Positions 10,352 to 21,391 of a stretch of 64,000 nt of DNA are shown piece after piece. Made by a program: the position numbers and the translations under genes. Every line of letters begins with the position of its first letter. Position 1 is the first letter of the stretch. The notes beneath the pieces were generated by a model. The model searched no databases and was not told the origin of the DNA. It was given only the letters and a program-made list of their open reading frames with translations. The stretch covers positions 1,385 through 65,384 of the forward strand of contig JAFZXV010000087.1 of NCBI GenBank assembly GCA_017616595.1. The letters are read 5' to 3'. Origin of the DNA: Bacteroidales bacterium. Lineage in GTDB: Bacteria; Bacteroidota; Bacteroidia; Bacteroidales; UBA932.

Positions 10352-13300
10352 ATGAAACTAAAAGCAGTACGATTCTTATGGCTGGCCGCAATGGTCTGTC
10401 TGGTACTGTGCCCTTCCGGCGGCGGCGCGTTTGCGCAGTCCCGCGGATTTACGGTAAAGGGCAAAGTGCTCGACAGCCAGTCGCTGCCGGTCATCGGTGC
10501 GGGCGTGACCATCAAGGGCACGACCACCGGCGTCGCTACAGGGCTTGACGGAGAATTCTCCCTCACCGTCCCTGACGAAAACGCCGTACTCGTCGCGGCT
10601 TCGCTCGGCTATGTAGCCAAAGAGGTGAAAGTCGGCAAGCAGCGCGATCTTGTCATCATCCTCGACGAAGATTCGGAGTCGCTGGAGGCGACCGTTGTGG
10701 TTGCCTATGGTACCCAGACAAAGGCGACCGTAACCGGCGCTTTGACTACCATCGACTCCAAAGCCCTCGTCAAGGCGCCTGTGGCCGACGTTACCAATGT
10801 GCTTGCGGGTCAGATGCCCGGTGTTTCCACCATCCAGGAAACCGGTCAGCCCGGCGAGGACTACGCTAAGATCTACATCCGAGGCGTAGGTTCCCTCAAC
10901 GAGGATGCATCTACCCCTCTCATCCTCGTCGACGGCGTGGAGCGCGCGCTCAACACCGTAGACCCGAACGAAATCGAGAGCCTCTCCATCCTCAAGGATG
11001 CTGCCTCCACGGCAGTGTTCGGTGTGCGAGGCGCTAACGGCGTCATCATCGTAACCACCAAACGAGGCGATGCGGGCAAACCCAAGATCTCGGTGAGTTC
11101 CATCACCGGTCTCCAGGTGCCTATGTCCTACATCAAGCAGAGTACGGCCTACGATTTTGCCCGTTACTACAACGTGTACCAGTGGAACGACGGCAAGACC
11201 GACAAGGGCCTGTACTTCACACCCGAGGCTATCGAGGCTTACCGCACCAACTCAGACCCCATCATGTTCCCGTACACAGACTGGAACGAGGTGATGTTCC
11301 GAAAGGCCTTCCTCCAAACCAAGAACAACATCAACATTTCCGGCGGTTCCGACAAGGTGCGTTACTTCGTGTCCATGGGCTACATGTTCCAGAACGGTCT
11401 GCTCAAGAACATCCCGGGCGTAGATTACAACAACAACTACACCTACAACCGCTACAACTACCGCGCTAACCTCGACTTCAAGCTCACCGAGACCACCGAC
11501 ATGCACTTCAACATCAGCGGCGTTATCGGCGACACCCACGAGCCTTACACGGACAGGGACAACATCTGGACCCTGACCATGCTCTGGGCCCACCCTGTTG
11601 CAAGTCCCGGCGTGGTAGGAGACCAGGTCTTCACCAGCGTGTCCACCAACGCGCTCCCTTCCGGCCTTACCAAGTGGAACGGCTGGGAGTACTACTACTG
11701 GACCGGCTACACAGACAAGTACAAGACCACCCTGGGAATGGACCTCTCCATCAACCAGAAGCTTGACTTCATCACCGAAGGCCTGAGCGCCAGCGTCAAG
11801 GGAAGCTACGACGCATCCATGTCCATGAAGAAAAAGCGCATCGGCGGCAGCGGCCTCCACTACACCTACGAATATGCATCCTGGGCCGATGATTCCGGCC
11901 TCAGCATTTCCGATCCCGACTTCGACAAGACCCTCGTCACCGTCATTTCCAGCAGCGAGGCTCCCCTCAGCTGGAGCGACCCCAGCACCGACGACGACAA
12001 ATCCTGGTACCTCGAAGGACGTATCGACTATCGCCGCAAATTCGCGGGCAAGCACAACGTCAGCGGTCTCCTCCTGTACAACCAGAGCCGCGACTACTAT
12101 CCGTCCCAGTACTCCTACCTGCCCCGTGGTTACGTGGGCTTTGTAGGACGCGCAACTTACGGATACAAAGACAAATACCTCGTGGACGTGAGTGCCGGTT
12201 ACAACGGCTCCGAGAACTTCGCCCCCGGCAAGACCCGTTACGGTTTCTTCCCGTCCGTGTCTGTGGGTTGGGTAATTTCCGAGGAGCCCTGGATGAAGAG
12301 CATGGGCTGGCTGGATTACCTCAAGGTCCGCGCCTCCATCGGTAAGGTAGGTAACGACCTCGGCCAGAGTTCCCGATTCATGTATATGGAGGGCACCTGG
12401 AGCGACAACGGTTCCTACTACTTCGGCACCAACAAGTCCGACGGTGTTCCCCGCTACGAGCTCGGCAAGCCCGGCAACGATGCGATTACCTGGGAAACCG
12501 CCCTCAAGTCCAACATCGGTCTGGACTTCGAGCTGTTCAACAAGAAGCTGCACTTCTCCGGAGACATCTTCAAGGAGCACCGCTCCAACATCCTCGTCAA
12601 GCCTAATTCCCTGCCCGGCATCATTGCCTTCACCCCTCAGAACATGAACCGCGGTGAGGTCGAGAACAAGGGTTACGAAATCGAGCTCGGCTGGAGAGAC
12701 CACATCGGAGACTTCACCTACGACCTCAACGCCAACGTAACCTTCGCCCGCAACAAGATCATCTTCATGGACGAAGTCGAGCCCGAGTACGCATATCAGG
12801 CACAGACCGGCGGCTCCACCAACAGGCACCTGCTCTACATCTACGAGCGCCTGTACCAGAAGTCCGACTTCTACACCGACGAGAACGGCGTGCAGCGCCT
12901 CAATCCCGACCTGCCTCAGCCTTCAACCACGGTGTATCCCGGCGACTGTATGTATAAAGACCTCAACGAAGACGGCGTGGTGGACGGCCTGGACAAGATG
13001 TACACCGGCTATCCCGACCGTCCGGAATACGTGTTCGGTTCCAACTGGAAGTTCGGCTGGAAGGGCTTCAACCTCGCCCTCAACTGGATTGCCGCAACCA
13101 ACGTCAACCGTGTATGGAACGCTGACTACCGTATCCCGTTCACCAACTCCGGCCACCGCGGACTCCTGCAGATCTTTGCGGAGAACAGCTGGATAGACAA
13201 CGACAACCCCTGGGCCCCAGGACGTGAAGACGGTACCCTGCCGCGTTTCACCAAGACCAACTATCCCTGGAACTCCGAGAACTCCACCCTGTGGACCGTT

Positions 13301-13528
13301 GACGCCAGCTACCTGCGACTCAAGAGCGCAAGCTTCGGCTACACCTTCTCAAAGGGCAGGCTCCTGGACGCACTGGGAATCGGCAGCCTCGGACTCATGT
13401 TCACCGGCTACAACATCCTCACCTTCAGCAAGATGACCTTGCAGGATCCTGAGGCCAAGTCCAGCGATTCCGACGGTACCTATCCTCTGGTCAAGACCTA
13501 CAACCTTGCAATCAACATCAACTTCTAA
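10352..13528 (+). CDS. SusC/RagA TonB-dependent transporter
   Basis: LKDAASTAVFGVRGANGVIIVTTK plug motif, TWETA, YLRLKS, C-terminal F. Confidence 0.95.
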   Translation: MKLKAVRFLWLAAMVCLVLCPSGGGAFAQSRGFTVKGKVLDSQSLPVIGAGVTIKGTTTGVATGLDGEFSLTVPDENAVLVAASLGYVAKEVKVGKQRDLVIILDEDSESLEATVVVAYGTQTKATVTGALTTIDSKALVKAPVADVTNVLAGQMPGVSTIQETGQPGEDYAKIYIRGVGSLNEDASTPLILVDGVERALNTVDPNEIESLSILKDAASTAVFGVRGANGVIIVTTKRGDAGKPKISVSSITGLQVPMSYIKQSTAYDFARYYNVYQWNDGKTDKGLYFTPEAIEAYRTNSDPIMFPYTDWNEVMFRKAFLQTKNNINISGGSDKVRYFVSMGYMFQNGLLKNIPGVDYNNNYTYNRYNYRANLDFKLTETTDMHFNISGVIGDTHEPYTDRDNIWTLTMLWAHPVASPGVVGDQVFTSVSTNALPSGLTKWNGWEYYYWTGYTDKYKTTLGMDLSINQKLDFITEGLSASVKGSYDASMSMKKKRIGGSGLHYTYEYASWADDSGLSISDPDFDKTLVTVISSSEAPLSWSDPSTDDDKSWYLEGRIDYRRKFAGKHNVSGLLLYNQSRDYYPSQYSYLPRGYVGFVGRATYGYKDKYLVDVSAGYNGSENFAPGKTRYGFFPSVSVGWVISEEPWMKSMGWLDYLKVRASIGKVGNDLGQSSRFMYMEGTWSDNGSYYFGTNKSDGVPRYELGKPGNDAITWETALKSNIGLDFELFNKKLHFSGDIFKEHRSNILVKPNSLPGIIAFTPQNMNRGEVENKGYEIELGWRDHIGDFTYDLNANVTFARNKIIFMDEVEPEYAYQAQTGGSTNRHLLYIYERLYQKSDFYTDENGVQRLNPDLPQPSTTVYPGDCMYKDLNEDGVVDGLDKMYTGYPDRPEYVFGSNWKFGWKGFNLALNWIAATNVNRVWNADYRIPFTNSGHRGLLQIFAENSWIDNDNPWAPGREDGTLPRFTKTNYPWNSENSTLWTVDASYLRLKSASFGYTFSKGRLLDALGIGSLGLMFTGYNILTFSKMTLQDPEAKSSDSDGTYPLVKTYNLAININF

Positions 13529-13539
13529 ATCAGGCGATT

Positions 13540-15438
13540 ATGAGAAAGACTATTGAATTGTTGATAATTGCCCTGCTCGCAGCAGGAATGGTCGCTTGTG
13601 AGAGCCTCAAGCTCGGCGACGCAGGTCTGAGCAAGGCCCCGGAAACCTCCGGCGCCACCCTCGACACCCTGTTCGCATCGCTCAAAGACGCAGACAAGGT
13701 TCTGACCTCGGCCTACTATTATCTGCCCTACGGACTCATCTCCGACTTCGACAGCAAGATGGGCAAAGATATCATCGAATCCATTACGGACCACTTCGTA
13801 TCCAACAAGCACACCGAGGGTGACGGTCCCAACGACCTCTATTACACCGGTGCGCTCGGCGCCAACATTTCCGGCGACGCCGCAGGCGGCGAGGCCTACA
13901 GGTTCGGCAGCGAGAAGGACTACACCGCCATCCGTTACGGCTGGTTCTTCCTGGAGAATGCAGACAACATCCCCACCGATTCCAAGGACTTCGACCCTGC
14001 AGTCCTGGCCCGCAAGAAAGCCGAGGCCAAGATGTGCATCGCCATCGCTTACGCCAACATGTTCCGCTATGTGGGCGGCGTGCCTCTGGTGGACCATACC
14101 ATCAATACAGAAGAGGCCAGCAACCCCAACTTCCCCAGGAACACCTTCAAAGAGACAGTCGACTTTATCGTGAACCTTTGCGACGAGGCCGCACCCGATC
14201 TCCCCTGGTACGTAAGCTCCGTTGAGGACGGCCGCCTCACCAAGGCTGCCGCCATCGGCCTCAAGCTCCGCGTGCTCTGCTTTGCGGCATCCCCCACCTT
14301 CAACTCCGACACGCCCTGGCATCCCGCCGCGGCCGACTGGGAGTCTATGGGCAAGTACGTCCGCTACGCCGAGAAGTACGACAAGACCCTCTGGGACAAG
14401 GCAAAGGCCGCAGCCGACGAGTTCATGTCCAACCTCGCCACCGGCGGCTGGTATGCACTCGTTCAGGCTACTCCCACAGGCGCCGTGGATCCTGCCACCA
14501 ACCTGCCCACCTATGCACCTCTCGATTACCGCAAGGCATATCGCGACGCATACAACAAGCGCGGAACCACGGAGAGCATAATCTCCATCCGCAAGAGCAA
14601 CAGCACCAGCTATCACGACAAGAACATGGACCTGCAGGACGACTTCGGTTGCGGCGCCACGCTCAACTGGGTCAACAAGTTCCCGTATGCAGACGGCACC
14701 CCGTTCCCCGAGAACTTCGACTGGTCGCACCCCAACTCCGGCGACCCGTCCCGCAATCCTTTCTTCATGTCCGATCCTAACGGCCAGCACATAGTGGACA
14801 ACGCCACCTTCACCGAGACCCGCGACCCTCGTCTGTACGAGAACGTCTGCGTGCCCGGCGACAAGTGGAAGAACGGCAACGTAGGTCCCAACTACGTTAA
14901 CGCAAAGAGCCCGAGCTTCCAGGACGGCAACACCGGTTTCCTGCAGATGAAGTTCATCATGCAGCAGGAATCAGACCGCAACACTCCTCCCCACTGGTGC
15001 ATGATGCGTTACGCAGAAGTGCTGCTCAACGCCGCCGAGGCCCACAACGAGGCTAACGGAGGTCCCGACGACCAGGCATACGCATGGCTCAACGCAGTGC
15101 GCAACCGCGTGGGTCTGCCGGGCGTGGCCGAGGGTATGAGCAAGGAGCAGTTCCGTGCCGCCCTCATCCTCGAGCGCGAACTTGAGTTCGGCTTTGAGGA
15201 AGTGCGCTGGTTCGATATGGTGCGCTGGGGCCTCAAGGACGCTTTCACCACAAAGCTCAAAGCCCTTGAAGTAACCGGCAACAAGCAGAAGAACGCTACC
15301 TCTTTCACATTCACAGTCAAGGACGCATATCCTCCGAGGGTATGGTACAACGACTGGGACACCAAGTGGTATCTTGCTCCCATTCCTGCCGTAGAGATCA
15401 ACAAGAACTACGGTATGACACAGAATCCGGGTTGGTAA
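13540..15438 (+). CDS. SusD/RagB family lipoprotein
   Basis: MVAC lipobox; GGVP, RDPRLY, RYAEVLLN and ERELEFGFE motifs; ends QNPGW. Confidence 0.93.
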   Translation: MRKTIELLIIALLAAGMVACESLKLGDAGLSKAPETSGATLDTLFASLKDADKVLTSAYYYLPYGLISDFDSKMGKDIIESITDHFVSNKHTEGDGPNDLYYTGALGANISGDAAGGEAYRFGSEKDYTAIRYGWFFLENADNIPTDSKDFDPAVLARKKAEAKMCIAIAYANMFRYVGGVPLVDHTINTEEASNPNFPRNTFKETVDFIVNLCDEAAPDLPWYVSSVEDGRLTKAAAIGLKLRVLCFAASPTFNSDTPWHPAAADWESMGKYVRYAEKYDKTLWDKAKAAADEFMSNLATGGWYALVQATPTGAVDPATNLPTYAPLDYRKAYRDAYNKRGTTESIISIRKSNSTSYHDKNMDLQDDFGCGATLNWVNKFPYADGTPFPENFDWSHPNSGDPSRNPFFMSDPNGQHIVDNATFTETRDPRLYENVCVPGDKWKNGNVGPNYVNAKSPSFQDGNTGFLQMKFIMQQESDRNTPPHWCMMRYAEVLLNAAEAHNEANGGPDDQAYAWLNAVRNRVGLPGVAEGMSKEQFRAALILERELEFGFEEVRWFDMVRWGLKDAFTTKLKALEVTGNKQKNATSFTFTVKDAYPPRVWYNDWDTKWYLAPIPAVEINKNYGMTQNPGW

Positions 15439-15457
15439 TCTTTAAATGTACCCGAAG

Positions 15458-18187
15458 ATGAAAAGAATCTATACCTATATTATACTACCGCTGCTTCTGA
15501 TGGGCACGACCGCCTTTGCACAGGACGAGTTCATCGGAGCGTCGCAGCTGGATTCCATCGTGCTCGGCAATCAGTTCCACCTGATGGCCGGAGGCAACGC
15601 GTCCCTGGACGGCGCCACCTTCGAACGCAGCCCGGAAGTGGACATTGCCAAGGCCCTCTACGGCCAGTTCTCCGGCCTTTGGGTCAAGCAAGGCGCCGGC
15701 CGCAGCGAAGACAATCAGTCCAAGCTCCGCCTCCACGGCCACAGCCCGCTCATCCTCGTTGACGGATTCCCCCGCGAGCTCAACGACCTTACCGGCGTGG
15801 AAATAGAATCCATTGAGGTTCTGAAGGATGCTGCCGCAGCCGCACTCTACGGCGTCAAGGGCGCCAACGGTGTGGTGATGATCACCACCAAGCGCGGCCA
15901 GGCAACCCCTCTCCACGTTACAGCCAAGTACCAGTACGGACTGTCCACCCCCACCCGCACTCCCGAATTCGCAGACGCATACACCTATGCTTATTATGTG
16001 AATCAGGCCAGCGAGCTGGACGGACTCTCCCCCAAGTACTCCTACGACGCCCTCACCAACTTCTACAAGTACGCCCAGGGCTCCGCTCCCGCCGACACGT
16101 ACGCTTATCCGAACGTAGACTGGTGGAACGAGATCTACCGCTCCCACGGCGACAATCACCGCGCCCAGTTCACATTCACCGGCGGTAACCGCAACTTCCG
16201 TTACTTTACCTCGGTGGACTATCTGAAGGACGAGGGAATGTACATCAACCCTTCCGCAGACAGCCGCTACAACGCCCATGTTTACGACAACCGCCTCGGC
16301 ATCCGTGCCAACGTGGATGTGAACATTACCAATTCCACGGCGATGAAGATCGGCGTCATGGCCCGCCTGTCCGAGTTCAACAAGCCCTACTACCTGAGGA
16401 GCAACAGCATAGAGAAGCTTCTCTATAAGATTCCTTCCGCAGCGTTCCCCATCAAGCAGAGCGACGGCACCTACGGCGGATCCGCCATCTACGGTTCCAG
16501 CAACCCCGTGGCACAGTTCACCGAGTCTGGCCAGAACCAGTATTCGCAGCCCAAGGTGCTTGCCAACATGACCCTCCTCCAGGACCTCAGCGCCGTGGTC
16601 AAGGGCCTGTCGGCTGACGTTTCAGTAGCTTTCGACTACATCGGCAAGATGACCGAAACCGCCACCAAAGAGTTCCAGTACGCAGAACTGGTGGACGGTG
16701 CCCTCAAGTACTATGGCGTCAACTCCAAGATCCTCGATTACGACCACTGGTTCAGCAGCCTCTCAATGAAGTTCGAGATCCAGGGCCGCCTGAACTACGC
16801 ACGATACTTTGGCGACCACCACATCGACCTGCACGCCGCATACCGTCAGCGTTCCTGGATCGAGGCGGAGCGCAACGAGTCTTCCAAGACCCAGGAATAC
16901 CTGGCAACCGCAAGCTACTCCTGGAAAGACCGCCTCTTCGTAGACGCAGTGGTCAACTACTCCGGCTCCGCATACCTCGCCCCCGGCCATCGCTTCAACC
17001 TGTATCCAGCAGTCAACGTGGCCTACGTAGTGCTCACTGAGCCTTACGTCAAGGTGTTCGGTTCCGCCGGCCTCTCCGGCTCCGACGGAGACCTCGAGCA
17101 TGAGCTCTGGCGCCAGGCCTACGGTTCCTCCAACGGCCACAGCTACAACTTCACCACCGGCGTCTCGGGTTACTCCGGACGTGCTGAAGGCGACATGGCC
17201 GCCCTCACACTGGCTCCCGAGCAGGCCGCAACCGCCAACCTCGGCTTTGAGACCAAACTGCTCGGCAACCGCCTCGGCCTGCGTGCCGACGGTTTCCTGG
17301 AAGACCGCACCAACATCCTCATCGAGCCGTCCAACGTCTCCGGCGTACTCGGCGTGAGCCTCAAGGACCAGAGCCTCGGTGAATACAAGTACTGCGGCGC
17401 AGACCTCGGCCTCACCTGGGACGACAAGATCGGCGACTTCGAGTACGGAGTGTACGGCAACGGCGGCTGGCTCTTCTCCGAGGTGGTAGACGACGGCCAG
17501 GCATACCAGGCATACGACTACCTCTATCACAAGGGCAACCCCGTCGGCCAGTGCTACGGCCTCGAGGCCATCGGCTACTTCAAGGACCAGACAGACATCA
17601 ACAACTCGCCCAAGCAGACCTGGGGTGATGTCCGTCCCGGCGACATCAAGTACAAAGACCAGAACGGCGACGGTGTGATCGACAGCCAGGACAAGGTTAA
17701 GATGTTCGGCTCGTCCACCCCTGTGTTCCAGTATGGCTTTGGCCTGAGCGCAGGTTGGAAGGGGCTCAAGGTATTTGCTGATTTCCAGGGCATTACGGGT
17801 GTTACCGTAGACCTTCTGGATTCTCCGCTCTACCAGCCTCTCACCGGTAACAGCACCATCTCCAACACCTTCCTCTCCAGGGAGACCCCCTGGACTCCCG
17901 AGACCGCAGACACCGCCACGATGCCCCGCCTGACCACCCAGAGCGGAGAGAACAACTACCGCTCCAGCAGCCACTGGTATCGCGACGGCAGCTTCCTGAA
18001 GCTCCGCAACGTGGGAATCTCCTACGTCATCCCCAGGAGCCTCCTGAAGATCTGCGACGCCACCGTATCCATCAACGGCACCAACCTCTTCAGCATCGAC
18101 AACATCCAGTTTGCCGATCCCGAGCAGCTCAGTGCCAACTATCCTACCACCCGCGTGGTATGGGCAGGAGTCAAGTTTAACTTCTAA
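15458..18187 (+). CDS. Second tandem SusC-like transporter, lacking the N-terminal extension domain
   Basis: Plug motif VLKDAAAAALYGVKGANGVVMITTKRG follows soon after the signal peptide; PGDIKYKD; FLKLRN. Start placed at MKRIY. Confidence 0.9.
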   Translation: MKRIYTYIILPLLLMGTTAFAQDEFIGASQLDSIVLGNQFHLMAGGNASLDGATFERSPEVDIAKALYGQFSGLWVKQGAGRSEDNQSKLRLHGHSPLILVDGFPRELNDLTGVEIESIEVLKDAAAAALYGVKGANGVVMITTKRGQATPLHVTAKYQYGLSTPTRTPEFADAYTYAYYVNQASELDGLSPKYSYDALTNFYKYAQGSAPADTYAYPNVDWWNEIYRSHGDNHRAQFTFTGGNRNFRYFTSVDYLKDEGMYINPSADSRYNAHVYDNRLGIRANVDVNITNSTAMKIGVMARLSEFNKPYYLRSNSIEKLLYKIPSAAFPIKQSDGTYGGSAIYGSSNPVAQFTESGQNQYSQPKVLANMTLLQDLSAVVKGLSADVSVAFDYIGKMTETATKEFQYAELVDGALKYYGVNSKILDYDHWFSSLSMKFEIQGRLNYARYFGDHHIDLHAAYRQRSWIEAERNESSKTQEYLATASYSWKDRLFVDAVVNYSGSAYLAPGHRFNLYPAVNVAYVVLTEPYVKVFGSAGLSGSDGDLEHELWRQAYGSSNGHSYNFTTGVSGYSGRAEGDMAALTLAPEQAATANLGFETKLLGNRLGLRADGFLEDRTNILIEPSNVSGVLGVSLKDQSLGEYKYCGADLGLTWDDKIGDFEYGVYGNGGWLFSEVVDDGQAYQAYDYLYHKGNPVGQCYGLEAIGYFKDQTDINNSPKQTWGDVRPGDIKYKDQNGDGVIDSQDKVKMFGSSTPVFQYGFGLSAGWKGLKVFADFQGITGVTVDLLDSPLYQPLTGNSTISNTFLSRETPWTPETADTATMPRLTTQSGENNYRSSSHWYRDGSFLKLRNVGISYVIPRSLLKICDATVSINGTNLFSIDNIQFADPEQLSANYPTTRVVWAGVKFNF

Positions 18188-18200
18188 ACCGGGAATGGAT

Positions 18201-19880
18201 ATGAAAAAGTTTATATACATCATTTCTGCAGCACTGCTGATCGCCGGTTGCAATTTCCTGGATTTCGACGAGACTTCCTCCCTGTACGACCGCGACGATA
18301 TGTACTCCACCTACAGCAACATCCAGAAGATGCTTACGAATATCTACGGCTATATGCCGCATAAGGATATCGTAGACGTGTCCGACGCCATGCGCGACTG
18401 CGGCTCCGACGACGCCGAATTCGGCGACCCCGACGCAACCGTACAGCGCTACAACAACGGCAACTGGAGCGCGATCTCAACGGTGGACACCAAATGGACG
18501 TTCTACAATGCCATCCGCTCTGCAAACGAGTTCCTGGAGTCTATCAAGACGGCAGACATCTCCCGTTACCAGTACGACGCCAAGTACAACAGGTGGCTGG
18601 ACCACATGGCCCTCTATCCCTATGAGGCCAGGACGCTCCGCGCATTCTACCTCTTTGAGCTGGCCCGCCGCTACGGCGACATCCCCGTGCCTCTCACGAT
18701 GCTCACGGTAGAAGAAGCCAACAGCATTGAGAAGACCCCGTTCGACGACGTCATCAAGTTCATCGCCGAAGAGTGCGACACCTGCGCCCTCAAGCTCCCC
18801 ACTACCTATATAGGTATGCTGGACGACGAGTACGGCCGCGTGACCAAGGGCTTCGCCATGGCTCTCAAGGCCAAGGCCCTGCTCTACGCCGCAAGCCCGC
18901 TCCACAATCCCTCCGGAGACAAGACCAAGTGGCAGAAAGCCGCTCAGGCCGCAAAGGACGTGATGGACCTGGGCATCTACCGCCTGGATCCGGCAGAGAC
19001 CGCCAACAGCGTCAACTCTTCCGAGACCATCCTCCAGATCATGCGTTCCGAGAGCCAGAGCTTCGAGAAGTACAACTTCCCCGTACGCTTTACGATGGGT
19101 ACCCGCAACTACATGTCCGGCACCTATCCCACCCAGAACCTGGTGGACGCCTTCCAGACCGCGGCCGGCTACGACATCACCCTTGGCGATGACGGCTGGA
19201 AGACCGACGATCCCGACTTCGACATCACCCGTCCTTACGAGGGCCGCGATCCCCGCTTTGCCCGCGCAATCCTTGCCGACGGCATGGAGTTCAAGGGCGA
19301 GACCATCGAGACCTTCGTGGGCGGCGCCGATTACTCGGCAACCCGTCAGGACCTCGGCACCCCTACCGGCTACTACCTCCGCAGGTACATCATCGAAGAC
19401 GTAGACTTCACTCCTGAGGCCAACGTTTCCGCAAAGCACAGCTGGATCATCTCCCGCTATGCAGAGATCCTTCTCTCCTATGCAGAGGCCCTCAACGAGT
19501 ACCTAGGCGGCCCCGACGCTACCGACGGCACCTTCTCCCTGAGCGCACGCGCAGCCCTCAACATGGTACGCGCCAACGCCGGAATGCCCGACGTACAGGC
19601 CAACGGCCAGGAGGCCTTCCGCAAGGCGGTACAGCGCGAGTGGCGCGTAGAGTTCGCCTTCGAAGACCATCGCTTCTGGGATGTACGCCGCTGGAAGATC
19701 GGCGCCGACACCCAGACCCAGATAGACGGCGTACAGATCATCCGCGGCGCAGAGAAGAAAGACTACAGCCGCATCCTTGTGGAGCGCCGTACCTGGGCCG
19801 ACCGTATGTATCTGTATCCGATCCCTCAGTCGGAACTGTTCTGTAACACCAACCTGGCTCCCCAGAATCCCGGCTGGTAG
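18201..19880 (+). CDS. SusD/RagB family lipoprotein
   Basis: Start MKKFIYII...IAGC; YGDIP, RDPRF, RYAEILL and EWRVEFAFE motifs; ends QNPGW. Confidence 0.93.
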   Translation: MKKFIYIISAALLIAGCNFLDFDETSSLYDRDDMYSTYSNIQKMLTNIYGYMPHKDIVDVSDAMRDCGSDDAEFGDPDATVQRYNNGNWSAISTVDTKWTFYNAIRSANEFLESIKTADISRYQYDAKYNRWLDHMALYPYEARTLRAFYLFELARRYGDIPVPLTMLTVEEANSIEKTPFDDVIKFIAEECDTCALKLPTTYIGMLDDEYGRVTKGFAMALKAKALLYAASPLHNPSGDKTKWQKAAQAAKDVMDLGIYRLDPAETANSVNSSETILQIMRSESQSFEKYNFPVRFTMGTRNYMSGTYPTQNLVDAFQTAAGYDITLGDDGWKTDDPDFDITRPYEGRDPRFARAILADGMEFKGETIETFVGGADYSATRQDLGTPTGYYLRRYIIEDVDFTPEANVSAKHSWIISRYAEILLSYAEALNEYLGGPDATDGTFSLSARAALNMVRANAGMPDVQANGQEAFRKAVQREWRVEFAFEDHRFWDVRRWKIGADTQTQIDGVQIIRGAEKKDYSRILVERRTWADRMYLYPIPQSELFCNTNLAPQNPGW

Positions 19881-19906
19881 TGGTATAACTGAAAGAAAAA
19901 AGCATT

Positions 19907-21376
19907 ATGAAAACATTGTTCAAAACTGCTATATGCCTGTCTGCCCTGCTGATGGCCGCGTCCTGCGTGCTGGACAAGATCGATTCCCAGCCCGCCGCTG
20001 ACCCCCGTCTGGAATGCGACGCTCTTGACAGCTATACCATCCAGGCCAACAAGCCCCAGGATATCTCCTTCAGGGTGTCCGCCACCACGCCTTGGTCCAT
20101 CACCGGATTCGAGGGCGCGTCCTGGCTCACCGTGGAGCCCGCTTCCAGCGCAGTCTCCAGCCTGTCCGAGGACATCCGCATCAAGGCCACAGCCAACCCC
20201 GAGCTGAGCGACCGCTCGGTAACCCTCACCCTCAAGGGAGAGAACACCAGCACGACCCAGTCCATCACCATCACCCAGCTCCGCAAGGGCAAGCTGGTGG
20301 TGATGCCGCTCTCGGAAGACTTTGCAATGGGCGGCAACACGCTGACCTTCAAGGTTGAATCCAACCTCGACTGGGCCGTGAGCGCCGCCGACGAATGGCT
20401 CACCTTCTCCCCTGCCAGCGGCACCGGAGACGGCACCATGAAGTCCTTCAACGTCAACGCAACCGCGGCCGCCAACGGGTCCATCACCCGCACCACCACG
20501 GTTACCGTAACCTCCGGAGACGAGAAGTTCGAGTTCACCGCCAAGCAGAAAGGCCAGAGCCTTGAATTCGGCGAGGTGGAAAACACCGAGCTCGACCGTA
20601 CCGGCCAGGAGGTCATCCTCGACGTAGATGCCACCATGGACTGGACGGTTTCCTGCGACAACGCAGACTTCACAGTTACCAAGGAAGGCAACAACAAGGT
20701 CAAGGTCGTGGCCCCCTGGAACAACAAGTTCGCCGCCCGCTCCGCTACCGTAACCATCAAGCCCACGAGCTCCAGCTACGGCGACGTGTCCAGCTCCGTC
20801 ACCTTCACCCAGGACGTCAACTTTACGCTGTCCGGCCACTGCGAGGTACTTGCAGACGGCTCCGTGAAGATTTACGGAGACGACGTGTCCCGCGTCAAGC
20901 TTGTCGACGGCTACCGTTACGCCTCCATCATCATCAAGATGGGAGACAAGGGCTTTGCCGACAACGCCCAGATGTGGCTCTATGCAAACGACGCCGTAGA
21001 GGGCGTGGAGGTCGAAATCCAGAACCAGATCCAGCTTGGCAAGCGCGTACGCGTGCGCCTCAACGGCGATCTGCCCAATTCCGGTCTCAGCACCTACGAC
21101 TCTGTAGATTACGACATGACCAAGGACGAGCTCAACAAGATGGACGAATACCGCGTAGACATTCTCCCCAGCGAGAATTCCACCAGCGGCGTAGGCCACC
21201 TCAAGTTCTCATTCTCCTACAACGGCACGCTCAGGAGCGCTGTCCTGGACAAACCTTCCATCTTTGAAGATGTGCCCGAGGCTGCCTGCCATTACTGGTT
21301 CGGCTGCTACTCGGCATCCAACGACGGAACATGGTATGTTGTGAAGTCTTGCGACGTAGTGCCCGTTGAAGAATAA
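19907..21376 (+). CDS. BACON-domain surface glycan-binding lipoprotein
   Basis: AASC lipobox; repeated W...WL(T)...N....R....T.Q BACON-like Ig repeats. Confidence 0.75.
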   Translation: MKTLFKTAICLSALLMAASCVLDKIDSQPAADPRLECDALDSYTIQANKPQDISFRVSATTPWSITGFEGASWLTVEPASSAVSSLSEDIRIKATANPELSDRSVTLTLKGENTSTTQSITITQLRKGKLVVMPLSEDFAMGGNTLTFKVESNLDWAVSAADEWLTFSPASGTGDGTMKSFNVNATAAANGSITRTTTVTVTSGDEKFEFTAKQKGQSLEFGEVENTELDRTGQEVILDVDATMDWTVSCDNADFTVTKEGNNKVKVVAPWNNKFAARSATVTIKPTSSSYGDVSSSVTFTQDVNFTLSGHCEVLADGSVKIYGDDVSRVKLVDGYRYASIIIKMGDKGFADNAQMWLYANDAVEGVEVEIQNQIQLGKRVRVRLNGDLPNSGLSTYDSVDYDMTKDELNKMDEYRVDILPSENSTSGVGHLKFSFSYNGTLRSAVLDKPSIFEDVPEAACHYWFGCYSASNDGTWYVVKSCDVVPVEE

Positions 21377-21391
21377 AAACAGATCTGAGAT